From NCBI GenBank assembly GCA_964016885.1, contig OZ024742.1, positions 930,001 through 994,000 on the forward strand: a stretch of 64,000 nt of DNA. Reading direction: 5' to 3'. Positions 38,726 through 56,965 of this stretch are shown piece by piece. The notes beneath the pieces are model-generated. The model saw only the letters and a list, made by a program, of their open reading frames with translations, was not told where the DNA came from and ran no database searches. This DNA comes from Eledone cirrhosa. Taxonomy: Eukaryota. Position 1 is the stretch's first letter. Each line of letters begins with the position of its first letter. Position numbers and translations under genes: made by a program.

Positions 38726-40310
38726 ATGAATGAATTATATACAGAGATCCCGGACATGACTGCAGCCCAGATCGAAAAACAGACCAACTCCATCTGGTTC
38801 GATATCTGTAGGAGAAGACAACTCCCAAATAAAGTTAAGCTCAACTACACCACTAGAAATAGCAGACTGCCCACTAGCTACCACCTCATCAAGACCCACA
38901 AGAATAGTACTAAGACGCAAATAAGACCCATCTTCTCTAGCATAGAAGGACCCCTATACAAAATTTCCTGGCTCCTCTCCCAGGTCCTCAAGCCTCTACT
39001 CTCCACCTTTCCCGGGCATGTCAGTAGCTCCGACGAAGTTATACGTAGACTACACCAACTCCAGCCAGAACAACTTAAACTAATAGATACGCCTTTAGCC
39101 TCGACGTTGTCTCCCTCTACACTACAGTCCCGCTCATTCAGCTGTCGATTTATTGACGGACTGCGTGGTCGCAGAGGACATCCACTGCTACGGCCTCCAT
39201 CTGACGGACATACACCAGCTTTTGTCCTTCACAGTAGACAACACGTACTTCACCTTCCACCACCACACATACAGACAGACAACAGGATTACCCATGGGAT
39301 CCAGCCTATCGGGCCTGCTGGCCATCACCTATATGAACTAGCTAGAATGCCGAGCCCTCAACACCTGCCATTCCCATATCTTCTTCACCCGATATGACAT
39401 ACTCATCCTTACATCATCCCGTGAGGAGGCAGATAAAATATACACAACATTCTCCAGCATGGACGCCAGTATAAAGTTCAGCATGGAACACCCCGATGAC
39501 CGCAGATCCCTATCCCTACAGGACTTCCAACTCAGGGTAACAGAGGAAGGCAACATCCACACCTGCTTCTATAAAAAAGCCGCCAGCAGGGACCTGTTCG
39601 TACATTTCAGATCGGCCCTCCCAGCCGGCACTAAGTTCGGATACATAAGGAACGAATTAACACGTATCCGGAACAAATGCACCGACGCTAGAGACCGAGA
39701 CACACACACCACACATTTCCTGGAAGTACACAAACTGAATGGATACACGACATCCACCACAAACCGTGCCAGAAAGAACAGAGGACACCACATCCGAGGC
39801 ACTAACACTTGCTTCCTGAAGCTCCCACACTTCAGTGACGAAACAACAACAGCCATCCGCAGAGCTATCAGACGAGAGGGACTAGATATCCAACTGGCCC
39901 ACTCAGGTCCTTCTCTACGCGGACAGCTAACCAAAAGACACTCCACCAGACATGACAACTGCTGCAGGCTAGCCAACTGCCCCATCAACGACACAGACCT
40001 AAGCCACCAGGCTTACGTCGTATACAGACTAGAGTGTGACAAATGCAGCAATTTCTACATAGGTAGCACCACCAGACCACTCCACATAAGAATAAAAGAA
40101 CACCCCAATACTAACGCTTCCTCATTTAAGAAACACCTAGTTAAATGCAAAAACACCGACAAAACCATAACAGTTAGGATAGAAACTAAGGAAAGAAACC
40201 TCGGCAATCTTAGAATTAAGGAAGCACTAATTATAGACAAAACACAACCACCAATCAATAATAGACTAGAACTCAACACCCAATTTATAACTTGCTAGAG
40301 CTTCTAGCCC
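38726..40310 (+). mobile_element. Penelope-like retroelement, 5'-truncated and decayed (RT + GIY-YIG)
   Basis: YHLIKTHK...IRPI; YRQTTGLPMGSSLS; IKFSMEH; VVYRLECDKCSNFYIGSTTRPLHIRIKEH; IKEALII..QPPIN; frameshifts, an in-frame stop, and RYVDD reduced to RYD. Confidence 0.92.
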
Positions 40311-40848
40311 CATATTTACACACACACACGCATGCACACACGCACACACACACACACACACACGCTTACACCTCCACTTATTCTCTCTCACATACACACA
40401 TACACACACAAAGACCAGTTCTAACACGAGATAACATCTATCCCCCACATTTACGTATAGACATATCTTCTCACTCTCACACACACACATACTTACACCT
40501 TCATGCATTCTCCCATACACTTAAACAGGCATGTACGAAAAAAAAAAAGAAAAAGAAAAAAAACCTTTTAAAGGGAGACTACTCTTTATCCACCTAACCT
40601 TAACTCTTTGACATTAGAGATAGAACAGATACTCTATACCATTTCCTGTCAGCATGACTTGGCAAGCTATTTAGAACACTGGTTTAACTGCTTTACTTCC
40701 CTCTGAAGAAGAGATATTATTTCGAAAATTAAGGACATTTAAATAAATCTAAGGTAAAAGACTAATTGTCAACAATATCTTTTGCATTTGCATTCTTTGT
40801 TCTATGTCCATACCTGCATTGTTTTGGCTTTATTATACATATACAAAC

Positions 40849-40887
<39 letters not shown>

Positions 40888-40890
<3 letters not shown>

Positions 40891-41221
40891 TCATTTCATT
40901 TTACGTCCACTTTACCCTGCTTGCAAGGGTGGGACGGGAACTGAATCTGGCTTGATTTCTACAGCTGGATGCCCTTCCTAACACCAACCTCATTTACTGT
41001 GTAGGCTGGGTGCTTTTTTTCCATGGCACCTCCACGACCACTTTGCAGTGGAATGATAGGGACTGGGGTCCCTACCATCTCATTTCTACAGCTGAGTAAA
41101 CTGGAGCAATGTGAAATAAAGTGTCTTGCTCAAGGAAACAACACATCACCCAGTCTGAGAATTGAACTCACAACCTTTCGATTGCAAGGCCAATGCTCTA
41201 ACCACTAAGCCATGTACCTCC
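40888..41221 (-). mobile_element. SINE family C copy
   Basis: Reverse complement of 30558-30898; flanked by (TA)n. Confidence 0.88.
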
Positions 41222-41264
41222 ATATATATATATATGCAGAATGAGCCATATATATATAGCACAT

Positions 41265-41412
41265 TCTGCAGTTTTCATTTAAAAAATTCCACTCACAAGG
41301 CATTGGTTAACCAGAGGCTATAGTAAAAGACGCTTGCAAAAGATGCCACACAGAAGAATTGAACCAGGAACCAAATAGTTGTAAAAGAAACTCCTTAACC
41401 ACACAGCCATGC
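41265..41412 (-). mobile_element. SINE family B 5' part
   Basis: CACTCACAAGGCATTGG...GGCTATAGTAAAAGAC...GAATTGAACC...AACCACACAGCCAT. Confidence 0.6.
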
Positions 41413-41894
41413 TGGCAACTATGTAGAAACAATTGAGATATGTGTAACATAGCTTCACCACGCACACAGCTACCTCTTCTACTTCTCACCAGTTCACTAT
41501 ATACAAAAGTTAACATTAGAACAATAAGCACAGCCGGATTGTGAAACAATAAAGAAATAAATCCTGCTTTTGATGAACATACCTCATTAATTAAATGGCA
41601 CACAGTAATTACTGCTAAAGAAATTAAGTTTAGGAAGATATTAACCAATTAGAGACAAAACTAACTGCTTATTTCAAACAACTCTCAGAGTGAACCAATA
41701 ACTAATTAGTTAATTATAACAAACTATTTAAGTAATTAGCCAGGTAAGAGAGAATATCGGACTAATACTCTCCTAACAGAAATAGTAGAGTGAGAGATAT
41801 AAGACACTCCTTAAGATGGTAAACATTGCTACACCCATTCTTTTGATAGGGTCTTAACTTAGACATGTGTCTGGGGAAGTGATGACATCATAGT

Positions 41895-42122
41895 AGCATC
41901 ATCACCACCTACATCATTACCATTGATATCATCATCACCACCTACATCATTACCATTGATATCATCACCACCACCTACATCATTACCATTGATATCATCA
42001 TCATCACCTACATCATTACCATTGATATCATCATCATCACCTACATCATCACCACCTACATCATTACCATTGATATCATCATCATCATCATCATCTACAT
42101 CATTACCATTGATATCATCATC
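41895..42122. repeat. About 30-33-bp CAT-rich tandem repeat
   Basis: CCTACATCATTACCATTGATATCATCATCA units. Confidence 0.85.
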
Positions 42123-45100
42123 ACATATATACACTAACACACATGTACACACTAACACATCCACACATATACACACTAACACACACATCCACACATATAC
42201 ACACTAACACATCCACACATATACACACTAACACACACATCCACACATATAAGACTAACACATCCACACATATACACACTAACACACACATCCACACATA
42301 TACACACTAACACACACATCTACACATATACACACTAACACACACATCCACACATATACACACTAACACACATATCCACACATACACTCTAACACACATA
42401 TCCACACTAACACACACATCCACACATATATACACTAACACACACATCCACACATATATACACTAACACATCCACACATATATACACTAACACACACATA
42501 CACACATATATACACTAACACATCTACACATATACACACTAACACACACATCCACACATATACACACTAACACATCCACACATATATACACTAACACACA
42601 TCCACACATATATACACTAACACATCCACACATATACACACTAACACACACATCCACACATATATACACTAACACACACATACACACATATATACACTAA
42701 CACATCTACACATATACACACTAACACACACATCCACACATATACACACTAACACATCCACACATATATACACTAACACACATCCACACCCACACGTATA
42801 CACACTAACACACACATCTACACATATACACACTAACATACACATCCACACATATACACACACATATATACACTAACACACACATCCACACATATATACA
42901 CTAACACATCTACACATATACACACTAACACACACATCCACACATATATACACTAACACACACATCTACACATATACACACTAACACACACATCTACACA
43001 TATACACACTAACACACACATCCACACATATACACACTAACACATCCACACATATACACACTAACACACATATCCACACATATACACACTAACACACACA
43101 TCTACACATATACACACTAACACACACATCCACACATATATACACTAACACACACATTCACACATATATACACTAACACACACATCCACACATATACACA
43201 CTAACACACATATCCACACATATATACACTAACACATCCACACATATATACACTAACACATCCACACATATACACACTAACACACACATCCACACATATA
43301 TACACTAACACACACATCCACACATATATACACTAACACATCCACACATCCACACATATATACACTAACACACACATCCACACATACACACTAACACACA
43401 TATCCACACATATACACACTAACACACACATCCACACATACACACTAACACACACATCCACACTTATATACACTAACACACACATCCACACATATATACA
43501 CTAACACACACATCCACACATATATACACTAACACACACATCTACACATATATACACTAACACACACATCTACATATATATACACTAACACACACATCTA
43601 CACATATACACACTAACACACATATCCACACATATATACACTAACACATATACACACTAACACACACATTCACACATATACACACTAACACATCCACACG
43701 TATACACACTAACACACACATCCACACATATACACACTACACGCACATCCACACATATATACACTAACACACACATCCACACATATATACACTAACACAT
43801 CCACACATATATACACTAACAGACACATCCACACATATACACACTAACACAGACATCCACACATATATACACTAACACACACATCCACACATACACACTA
43901 ACACACACATCCACACATATACACACTAACACACACATATACACACTAACACACACATCTACACATATACACACTAACACATCCACACATATATACACTA
44001 ACACACACATATACACACTAACACATACATCCACACATATATACACTAACACATCCACACATATATACACTAACACACACATACACACTAACATACACAT
44101 CCACACATATACACACACATATATACACTAACACACACATCCACACATATATACACTAACACATCTACACATATACACACTAACACACACATCCACACAT
44201 ATATACACTAACACACACATCCACACATATACACACTAACACACACATCCACACATATATACACTAACACATCCACACATATATACACTAACACACACAT
44301 CCACACATATATACACTAACACACACATCCACACATATACACACTAACACACACATCTACACATATACACACTAACACATCCACACATATATACACTAAC
44401 ACACACATCCACACATATACACACTAACACACACATCTACACATATACACACTAACACATCCACACATATATACACTAACACACACATCCACACATATAT
44501 ACACTAACACACACATCCACACATATACACACTAACACACACATCCACACATATATACACTAACACATCCACACATATACACACTAACACACACATCCAC
44601 ACATATATACACTAACACACACATTCATACATATATATACACTAACACACACATTCACACATATATACACTAACACACACATCCACACATATACACACTA
44701 ACACTCATATCCACACATATATACACTAACACATCCACACATATATACACTAACACACACATCCACACATCCACACATATACACACTAACACATCCACTA
44801 ACACACACATCTACACATATACACACTAACACACACATCCACACATATATACACTAACACATCCACACATATATACACTAACACATCCACACATATATAC
44901 ATTAACACACACATCTACACATATACACACTAACACACACATCTACACACTAACACACACATCCACACATATACACACTAACACATCCACACATATACAC
45001 ACTAACACACACATCTACACATATACACACTAACACACACATCCACACATATATACACTAACACACACATTCACACATATATACACTAACATACACATCC

Positions 45101-48100
45101 ACACATATACAAACTATCACACATATCCACACATATATACACTAACACATCCACACATATATACACTAACACACACATCCACACATATACACACTAACAC
45201 ACACATCCACACATATATACACTAACACACACATCCACACATATATACACTAACACATCCACACATCCACACATATATACACTAACACATCCACACATCC
45301 ACACATATATACACTAACACACACATCCACACATACACACTAACACACATATCCACACATATACACACTAACACACACATCCACACATATACACTAACAC
45401 ACACATCCACACATACACACTAACACACATATCCACACTAACACACACATCCACACATATATACACTAACACACACATCCACACATATATACACTAACAC
45501 ACACATCCACACATATATACACTAACACACACATCCACACATATATACACTAACACACACATCTACACATATATACACTAACACACACATCTACACATAT
45601 ACACACTAACACACATATCCACACATATATACACTAACACATCCACACATATACACACTAACACACATATACACACTAACACACACATCCACAAATATAC
45701 ACACTACACGCACATCCACACATATATACACTAACACACATATCCACACATATATACACTAACACATCCACACATCCACACATATATACACTAACACGCA
45801 CATCCACACATATACACACTAACACACACATATACACTAACACACACATCCACACATACACAATAACACACACATCCACACAAATACACACTAACACACA
45901 CATCTACACATATACACACTAACACATCCACACATATATACACTAACACACACATCCACACATATATACACTAACACACACATCCACACATATACACACT
46001 AACACACACATCCACACATATATACACTAACACATCCACACATATATACACTAACACACACATCTACACATATACACACTAACACACACATCCACACATA
46101 TACACACTAACACATCCACACATATACACACTAACACACACATCTACAAATATACACACTACCACACATATATACACTAACACACACATTCACACATATA
46201 TACACTAACACACATCTACACATATACACACTAACACACATATCCACACATATATACACTAACACATCCACACATATACACTAACACATCCACACATATA
46301 TACACTAACACACACATCCATACATATACACACATCCACACATATATACACTAACACATCCACACATATATACACTAACACATCCACACATATATACACT
46401 AACACACACATCCACACATCCACACATATACACACTAACACATCCACTAACACACACATCTACACATATACACACTAACACACACATCCACACATATATA
46501 CACTAACACATCCACACATATATACACTAACACATCCACACATATATACATTAACACACACATCTACACATATACACACTAACACACACATCTACACACT
46601 AACACACACATCCACACATATACACACTAACACATCCACACATATACACACTAACACACACATCTACACATATACACACTAACACACACATCCACACATA
46701 TATACACTAACACACACATTCACACATATATACACTAACATACACATCCACACATATACAAACTATCACACATATCGACACATATATACACTAACACATC
46801 CACACATATATACACTAACACACACATCCACACATATACACACTAACACACACATCCACACATATATACACTAACACACACATCCACACATATATACACT
46901 AACACATCCACACATCCACACATATATACACTAACACACACATCCACATATCCACACATATACACACTAACACACACATCCACACATATACACTAACACA
47001 CACATCCACACATACACACTAACACACATATCCACACATATACACACTAACACACACATCCACACATATATACACTAACACACACATCCACACATATATA
47101 CACTAACACACACATCCACACATATATACACTAACACACACATCCACACATATATACACTAACACACACATCTACACATATATACACTAACACACACATC
47201 TACACATATACACACTAACACACATATCCACACATATATACACTAACACATCCACACATATACACACTAACACACATATACACACTAACACACACATCCA
47301 CAAATATACACACTACACGCACATCCACACATATATACACTAACACACATATCCACACATATATACACTAACACATCCACACATCCACACATATATACAC
47401 TAACATGCACATCCACACATATACACACTAACACACACATATACACTAACACACACATCCACACATACACAATAACACACACATCCACACAAATACACAC
47501 TAACACACACATCTACACATATACACACTAACACATCCACACATATATACACTAACACACACATCCACACATATATACACTAACACACACATCCACACAT
47601 ATACACACTAACACACACATCCACACATATATACACTAACACATCCACACATATATACACTAACACACACATCTACACATATACACACTAACACACACAT
47701 CCACACATAGACACACTAACACATCCACACATATACACACTAACACACACATCTACAAATATACACACTACCACACATATATACACTAACACACACATTC
47801 ACACATATATACACTAACACACATCTACACATATACACACTAACACACATATCCACACATATATACACTAACACATCCACACATATACACTAACACATCC
47901 ACACATATATACACTAACACATCCACACATATATACACTAACACACACATCCACACATATACACACATCCACACATATATACACTAACACACACATCTAC
48001 ACATATATACACTAACACACACATCTACACATACACACTAACACACATATCCACACATATACACTAATACACACATCCACACATACACACTAACACACCC

Positions 48101-51100
48101 ATCCACACATATATACACTAACACACACATCTACACATATATACACTAACACACATATCTACACATACACACTAACACACATATCCACACATATATACAC
48201 TAACACATCCACACATATACACACTAACACATCCACACATATACACACTAACACATCCACACATATACACACTAACACACACATCCACATATATACACAC
48301 TACACGCACATCCACACATATATACACTAACACATCCACACTAACACACACATCCACACATATACACACTAACACACACATCCACACATATACACACTAC
48401 ATGCACATCCACACATATACACACTAACACACACATCCACACATATACACACTAACACACATATCCACACATATATACACTAACACACACATCCACACAT
48501 ATACACACTAACACACACACATCCACACATATATACACTAACACACACATCCACACATACACACTAACACACACATCCACACATATACACACTAACACAC
48601 ATCTACACACTAACACATCCACACATATATACACTAACACACACATCCACACATATACACACATCCACACATATACACACTAACACACACATCCACACAT
48701 ATATACACTAACACATCCACACATATATACACTAACACACACATCCACACATATATACACTAACACACATATACACACTAACACACACATCCACACATAT
48801 ACACACTAACACATCCACACATATATACACTAACACACACATCTACACATATACACATCCACACATATACACACTAACACACACATCCACACATATATAC
48901 ACTAACACACACATCCACACATATACACACTAACACATCCACTAACACACACATCTACACATATACACACTAACACACACATCCACACATATATACACTA
49001 ACACATCCACACATATATACACTAACACATCCACACATATATACATTAACACACACATCTACACATATACACACTAACACACACATCTACACACTAACAC
49101 ACACATCCACACATATACACACTAACACATCCACACATATACACACTAACACACACATCTACACATATACACACTAACACACACATCCACACATATATAC
49201 ACTAACACACACATTCACACATATATACACTAACATACACATCCACACATATACAAACTATCACACATATCCACACATATATACACTAACACATCCACAC
49301 ATATATACACATCCACACATATACACACTAACACACACATCCACACATATATACACTAACACACACATCCACACATATATACACTAACACATCCACACAT
49401 CCACACATATATACACTAACACACACATCCACACATACACACTAACACACATATCCACACATATACACACTAACACACACATCCACACATACACTAACAC
49501 ACACATCCACACATACACACTAACACACATATCCACACATATACACACTAACACACACATCCACACATATATACACTAACACACACATCCACACATATAT
49601 ACACTAACACACACATCTACACATATATACACTAACACACACATCTACACATATACACACTAACACACATATCCACACATATATACACTAACACATCCAC
49701 ACATATACACACTAACACACACATCCACAAATATACACACTACACGCACATCCACACATATATACACTAACACACATATCCACACATATATACACTAACA
49801 CATCCACACATCCACACATATATACACTAACACGCACATCCACACATATACACACTAACACACACATCCACACATACACAATAACACACACATCTACACA
49901 TATACACACTAACACATCCACACATATATACACTAACACACACATCCACACATATATACACTAACACACACATCCACACATATACACACTAACACACACA
50001 TCCACACATATATACACTAACACATCCACACATATATACACTAACACACACATCTACACATATACACACTAACACACACATCCACACATATACACACTAA
50101 CACATCCACACATATACACACTAACACACACATCTACAAATATACACACTACCACACATATATACACTAACACACACATTCACACATATATACACTAACA
50201 CACATCTACACATATACACACTAACACACATATCCACACATATATACACTAACACATCCACACATATACACTAACACATCCACACATATATACACTAACA
50301 CATCCACACATATATACACTAACACACACATCCACACATATATACACTAACACACACATCTACACATATATACACTAACACACACATCTACACATACACA
50401 CTAACACACATATCCACACATATACACTAATACACACATCCACACATACACACTAACACACCCATCCACACATATATACACTAACACACACATCTACACA
50501 TATATACACTAACACACATATCTACACATACACACTAACACACATATCCACACATATATACACTAACACATCCACACATATACACACTAACACATCCACA
50601 CATATACACACTAACACATCCACACATATACACACATCCACACATATACACACTACACGCACATCCACACATATATACACTAACACATCCACACATATAC
50701 ACACTAACACACACATCCACACATATACACACTAACACACACATCCACACATATACACACTACATGCACATCCACACATACACACTAACACACACATCCA
50801 CACATATACACACTAACACACATATCCACACATATATACACTAACACACACATCCACACATATACACACTAACACACACACATCCACACATATATACACT
50901 AACACACACATCCACACATACACACTAACACACACATCCACACATATACACACTAACACACACATCTACACACTAACACATCCACACATATACACACTAA
51001 CACACACATCCACACATATACACACTAACACACACATCCACACATATATACACTAACACATCCACACATATATACACTAACACACACATCCACACATATA

Positions 51101-52290
51101 CACACTAACACACACATCCACACATATACACACTAACACATCCACACATATATACACTAACACACACATCTACACATATACACATCCACACATATACACA
51201 CTAACACACACATCCACACATATATACACTAACACACACATCCACACATATACACACTAACACACACATCCACTCATATATACACTAACACATCCACACA
51301 CTAACACACATATCCACACATATACACACTAACACACACATCTACACATATACACACTAACACACACATCCACACATATATACAGTAACACACACATTCA
51401 CACATATATATACACTAACACACACATTCACATATATATACACTAACACACACATCCACACATATACACACTAACACATATTCACACATATATACACTAA
51501 CACATCCACACATATATACACTAACACATCCACACATCCACACATATATACACTAACACACACATCCACACATATACACACTAACACACACATCCACACA
51601 TATACACACTAACACACACATCCACACATATATACACTAACACACACATCCACACATACACACTAACACACACATCCACACATATACACACTAACACACA
51701 CATATATACACTAACACACACATCCACACATATATACACTAACACCCACATCCACACATATACACTAACACACACATCCACACATAAATACACTAACACA
51801 CATATATAAACTAACACATCCACACATATATACACTAACACACACATATATACACTAACACACACATCCACACATAAATACACTAACACACATATATAAA
51901 CTAACACATCCACACATATATACACTAACACACACATATATACACGAATACACACATCCACACATATATACACGAACACACACATCCACACATATATACA
52001 CTAACACACACATCCACACATATACACTAATACATACATCCACACATATATACTAACACACACACATCCACACATATATACTAACACACACACACATCCA
52101 CACATATACACTAACACATCCACACATATATACACTAACACACACATCCACACATATATACTAACACACACACATCCACACATATACACTAACACATACA
52201 TCCACACATATATACTAACACACACACACATCCACACATATATACACTAACACATCCACACATATACACTAACACACACACATGCACTAA
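42123..52290. repeat. CA-rich cryptic minisatellite (about 10.2 kb)
   Basis: 24/28-bp units CACACATATAYACACTAACAC(ACAC)ATC. Confidence 0.97.
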
Positions 52291-53461
52291 CATATACATG
52301 TTAACATCCTCGTTTTACATCCATTTTTCCAAGCCAGCATAGGTTAGACATCACACACACACACACACTCACAGACAGACACACACACACACACAGAAAC
52401 ACACACACACACACACACAGACACACACACACAGAGACAGTTTATATTTCCCGACCAAGACCCCAAAGAAATATTGAAAGTATGTTGATATAAGTTGTTA
52501 TTAACAAAACTTTCTAATTAAGCTTATCTAATAATAATAATTGATGATAACGATCATTATAATAACAATAATTATAATTATGATAATAAAGCAATTAAAA
52601 TAAACTGATTTATTCTTTCAACAGATTTTAAAAGAAAAACTTGTAGAAGATAAACATATCTCCAAACATTTCACTACAATTGTACAGGATATACCCCTGG
52701 GTGGTACTGGCTGTTTTAGGACAATCACTCATATAACCTGGATGGTATTGGGTGTTTCGGGCTTTTCAGCATCATAGACTTTTAGCCTGGTGACCCAGCC
52801 AGGGTTGTTCAGGGTCTCTGACATGCCTCATAGATTGAGGACTTTACTAAGCTTGTCTTCCAATGTACTAAAATAGTTTCATGAAGACAAAGACAAAGAA
52901 CTAAAATTATAGTATAGGGACCGTATTGTTCAGAATATCAGACATTCTTCTTCTTTTACTTCAAACTTTACTATCGTATAGCCCCCTTGGCTTATGACAG
53001 GTCATAGGTGTTGCCTCCATCCCTAACTCACCATGGGTTTGCTTCTCTGATGCATGTTTGGGCAAAACGGTTTATGGAAGACCAGCAGTTGTCCACTAAT
53101 GGACGGAAGAATCAATAACAAAGATATGTTTAACTTTACCAAACTTCTAATAAAATATATTGCATTGGAACTAATTACTGTAGAATTATGAGGAGGTTTA
53201 CCAACATTACCAATTAGGAAGATAGTGGTTCTAAAATAAGAAAAGGTTCTTAAAGAAAAATGATATTGAAAGATTTCAATATAAATCAGAACCGTTTAAA
53301 ATGGGTAGCTTTGTTCGATAGCAGCAGAGGGTTCCTGATGGGTTGGTATTGAAAAGGTGATGACAATTTCTATTCTTGAGTGATAAGGATGAATAGGGGA
53401 AGAATAATCGGTTGTTAAATAAAAAAAAAGTGAAATTTGGGTTGAGTGAGATAAATGTTAC

Positions 53462-53561
53462 CTGGGAAAGGTAATGGTACTCTGTAGCATCATGTAAATG
53501 AAGAAAACTTTGTTCTTCTGCAGAGGCTCCTTTGAGAAGATAATAAAATACATGGTAATTC
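53462..53561 (-). CDS. MYO9: Myosin IX-like motor domain exon
   Basis: cttccag|G AAT TAC...TCC CAG|gtaaca; (R)NYHVFYYLLKGASAEEQSFLHLHDATEYHYLSQ, the ERNYHxFY myosin motif. Confidence 0.93.
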
Positions 53562-55257
53562 CTGGAAGAAATAAAAGACAGACAAATGAATTAACCATCT
53601 TCAAGTTAGAAGTAAATTGAATGTGAAATATGATATGTTGAATTAACATTTACTTTATTTTGGATGGATAGGTATAGATAGGTAGATATAGTTATAGAAA
53701 AGGTAAACAGAAATAACAAAGCAAATGACACAGTGAAATGAAGAAATATATTAGTTTAATGCTTGATATAATAGGAAAAGAGTCTTAACATTTTAGACAC
53801 AAGTCATTCATCAGAAGATAGGATGAGACATAAAAGATGAGACAGAAAGATAAAGAGTGAGAAGATACAGGAACAGAAAAAAAAAATTGAGAAAAAAAAA
53901 CATGTGCATATTCAGTCAGCTAGATACACAGACATATATATTCCAAAAGAAGGGAGCACACAAGACAAAGGCAATGGAAAAAAGCAAAAAAAAAAAACAT
54001 AGTTGTATCTCATCAGTCAACCCATAGAAATCACTACAGTTTCAATGCTTTAAGGATGTTACTATTCATTCCAGTGCACATTGGGACAGAATCAAAGGTA
54101 AAAACAAAGACAGGACAAGTTAAACCTTTTGGTGAATTACACAAGTAAAGATGAAAAGGGGGGGAAATACTACAAGCCAAAGAGTGTCAACTGAAAAGGG
54201 AATGAGTGCGCAAATACTGAGCCATATATGTGTGTGTGGGTGTCTGTGTATAAAAATGTACATGAAGTATGGGAAATGTTTAGACAGCAGTGATTATACA
54301 CATGTATACATGTATATATATATCCCTCGTTACCATTTCTGACTCATTTCTATTACACCCTCCAACGCTCTCTCTATATATCCCCCCATTTGTAACTTCC
54401 TCATACCAATTCACTGTCTCTCCCATCCTAATCTCACATCAATCTTTTGGGTTACATTGCTTTCATTGGAGTATGCTTTAGTTTTGTGAGTCCTAAGGCG
54501 AACTTAAGAGTGCTGGTTCCATTAAAAAATGCACCAATATAGAATGGGTGAATCTTATGCTACAAGTACAAGAGAGGTTGTCTGCTGGGAGTTATGTGCC
54601 CTTCCTAGTTGGTTTCAGTATTAATTCAGAGTAACTGCTCTCTCAGCTGGGAGTTAAGAGTCTTTCTTGGCTGGTAACTTCATTCTCAGACAGGTGACCT
54701 TTATTTTATGGCAAAATCTGTCATTCTTTCAAAACTGTACACATTAATGGAACTATGTAGTAAGGCATTGATTGTACCTCTTCCTTGGCACAAAGCCCAC
54801 ACTTCATCTCATCCAGAATAATTCTCTTCCTAATCAGTTTCAATAATCCTATAGATAAGATAAAGTCTGCGTCAGTTAAACCATGGTTCCTCTTGATAAA
54901 TCTATTCTAAGATGGAATGGACCTTCGTCAGTTTTAACAATGAGCAGCCCAGTGGTTCAATTAATGGAACAGTTCAGACATTAATGTCTAAGTGTTTGAG
55001 TAATGCATTGACATGTGTACCATTATCATAAGTTCTCAGGGAGATTCAGCATGATAAAGTGACAAGGTTGACTCTTTCAATTACAGATACAGTCTTGTAA
55101 GTGGCTGAATATTCCACAATTGTCACAGACAAGGGAATCTCTATGTGGTGGTTCAAACTGTTGGAAATAACAGCAACATTTCCCTCAAATTACACCCAAG
55201 CAATCTAGAAAAACACAAATACATGACATAGGTACAGACGTGGTTGAGTGGATAAGT

Positions 55258-55822
55258 ACACTCACGCACACCCACTAACACACACGCACTAACATACATA
55301 CACACCCACTAACATGCATACACACACACTAACACACACGCACTAACATACATACACACACTAACACACACACACACACTAACATACATACACACACATA
55401 CACACACACTAACACACGCACTAACATACATACACACTAACACTCGCACTAACATACATACACACTAACACACACGCACTAACACACTAACATACATACA
55501 CACACACTAAGACACTCGCACTAACATACACACACACACACGCACTAACACACTAACATACATACACACACTAACACTCGCACTAACATACATACACACA
55601 CACTAACACACTAACATACATACACATACTAACACACGCACATTAACACACTAACATACATACACACATTAACACACATGCACTAACACACACGCACTAA
55701 CACATTAACACACGCACACTAACACACGCTAATATATATACACACACTAACACACGCTAATATATATACACACTAACACACACTAATATATATACATACA
55801 CACTAACACACACACATACACC
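55258..55822. repeat. CA-rich CACTAAC repeat, apparently inside a degraded SINE B
   Basis: CACACTAACATACATA units between a SINE-like head (55230-55258) and tail (to about 56110). Confidence 0.75.
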
Positions 55823-56799
55823 ATGTAGTTTGAGGTAACATTGTGTGCCACACTGAGTGTCTTTTCGTATAACCTCTGATAAACCGATACTTTGTAAGTA
55901 AAAACCGGTCGTGTGGTTACGTGCCCACTGCTTAACAGATGGTGTTTGTTTTTTGTCATTAACTTAGAGGTTCGTCAACATGGGAATAATAAAAAAAGTT
56001 TCAGACTTCATTAAAAAAAAGTGCTGAAGTTGAATGAATGTACTAAACTCTGTTGCAGCTGTGGCTCCAGCATGGCCGTGGTCTAATGACTAAAAGCAGT
56101 CAAAGAACAGCGGAATATAAATAAGGTAAAGTTGTATAGGTGGAATCTAGAAGTTTCTGGACTAAAGTAATCCAGTGAGAGATTTTCTTGTGTTTTACAT
56201 GAGGAAAAAGTAGGTGAAGTGTGAAGAGTTGACTGCAAATGGAAGCAATCAACTTTATGTGTCTTATAATATGTTGTCTACTTTAAAATAGATTAGTGAT
56301 ATTTATGGAAGATATAATCAGACATCAGACAAGACAACCAAATATAGAAGAGACATGATAATGGAAGGAATATATCAGATATTCTCTTTTTAAAAAGTTG
56401 ATATTATCAAGAATAAAAATAAAATGGTGTAGAGTATGGAGATGGCTTACTTATATTTATATCTGGGTGAATGATATTTGATGCCACAAATAAATTGCAC
56501 CCAGTACACTCTGTAAATTGGTTGAGAGTTAAATAGAGTTGTCATAGGGCAGAGAAGGCCTTTCAGTCTTGTCAAGGCCATGACAACCTATATAAGTGTA
56601 GATTCTAGAACAAAATACACTCATTAAACTCTGTAAGGAGTCTTAGAAATGGCATCATGCTGTAGTAATCCTACTAAAGTTTGGAATACATAGTTCCAAT
56701 AGACCAAGATATGGGACTAAACAACAACAATTCATAAACTCAGGCAGCCCCAACATTTATAAAATCGTAAGTTACCAAAACTCAGAAACTCAGAAATCC

Positions 56800-56965
56800 A
56801 TACAACTTGTAAATTCAGAAGTCCCTAAAACGTATACATTAAGAGATCCCTAAAACTTGTAAATTCAGAATCTCTAAAACATGTAAATTCAGAGATTCCT
56901 AAAGTTGTAAATTCAGAGATCCTTAAAGCTTGTAAACTCAAAAGTTCCCTCAAATTCAAACATAG
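56800..56965. repeat. About 25-bp degenerate tandem repeat
   Basis: CCTAAAACTTGTAAATTCAGAG units. Confidence 0.7.
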
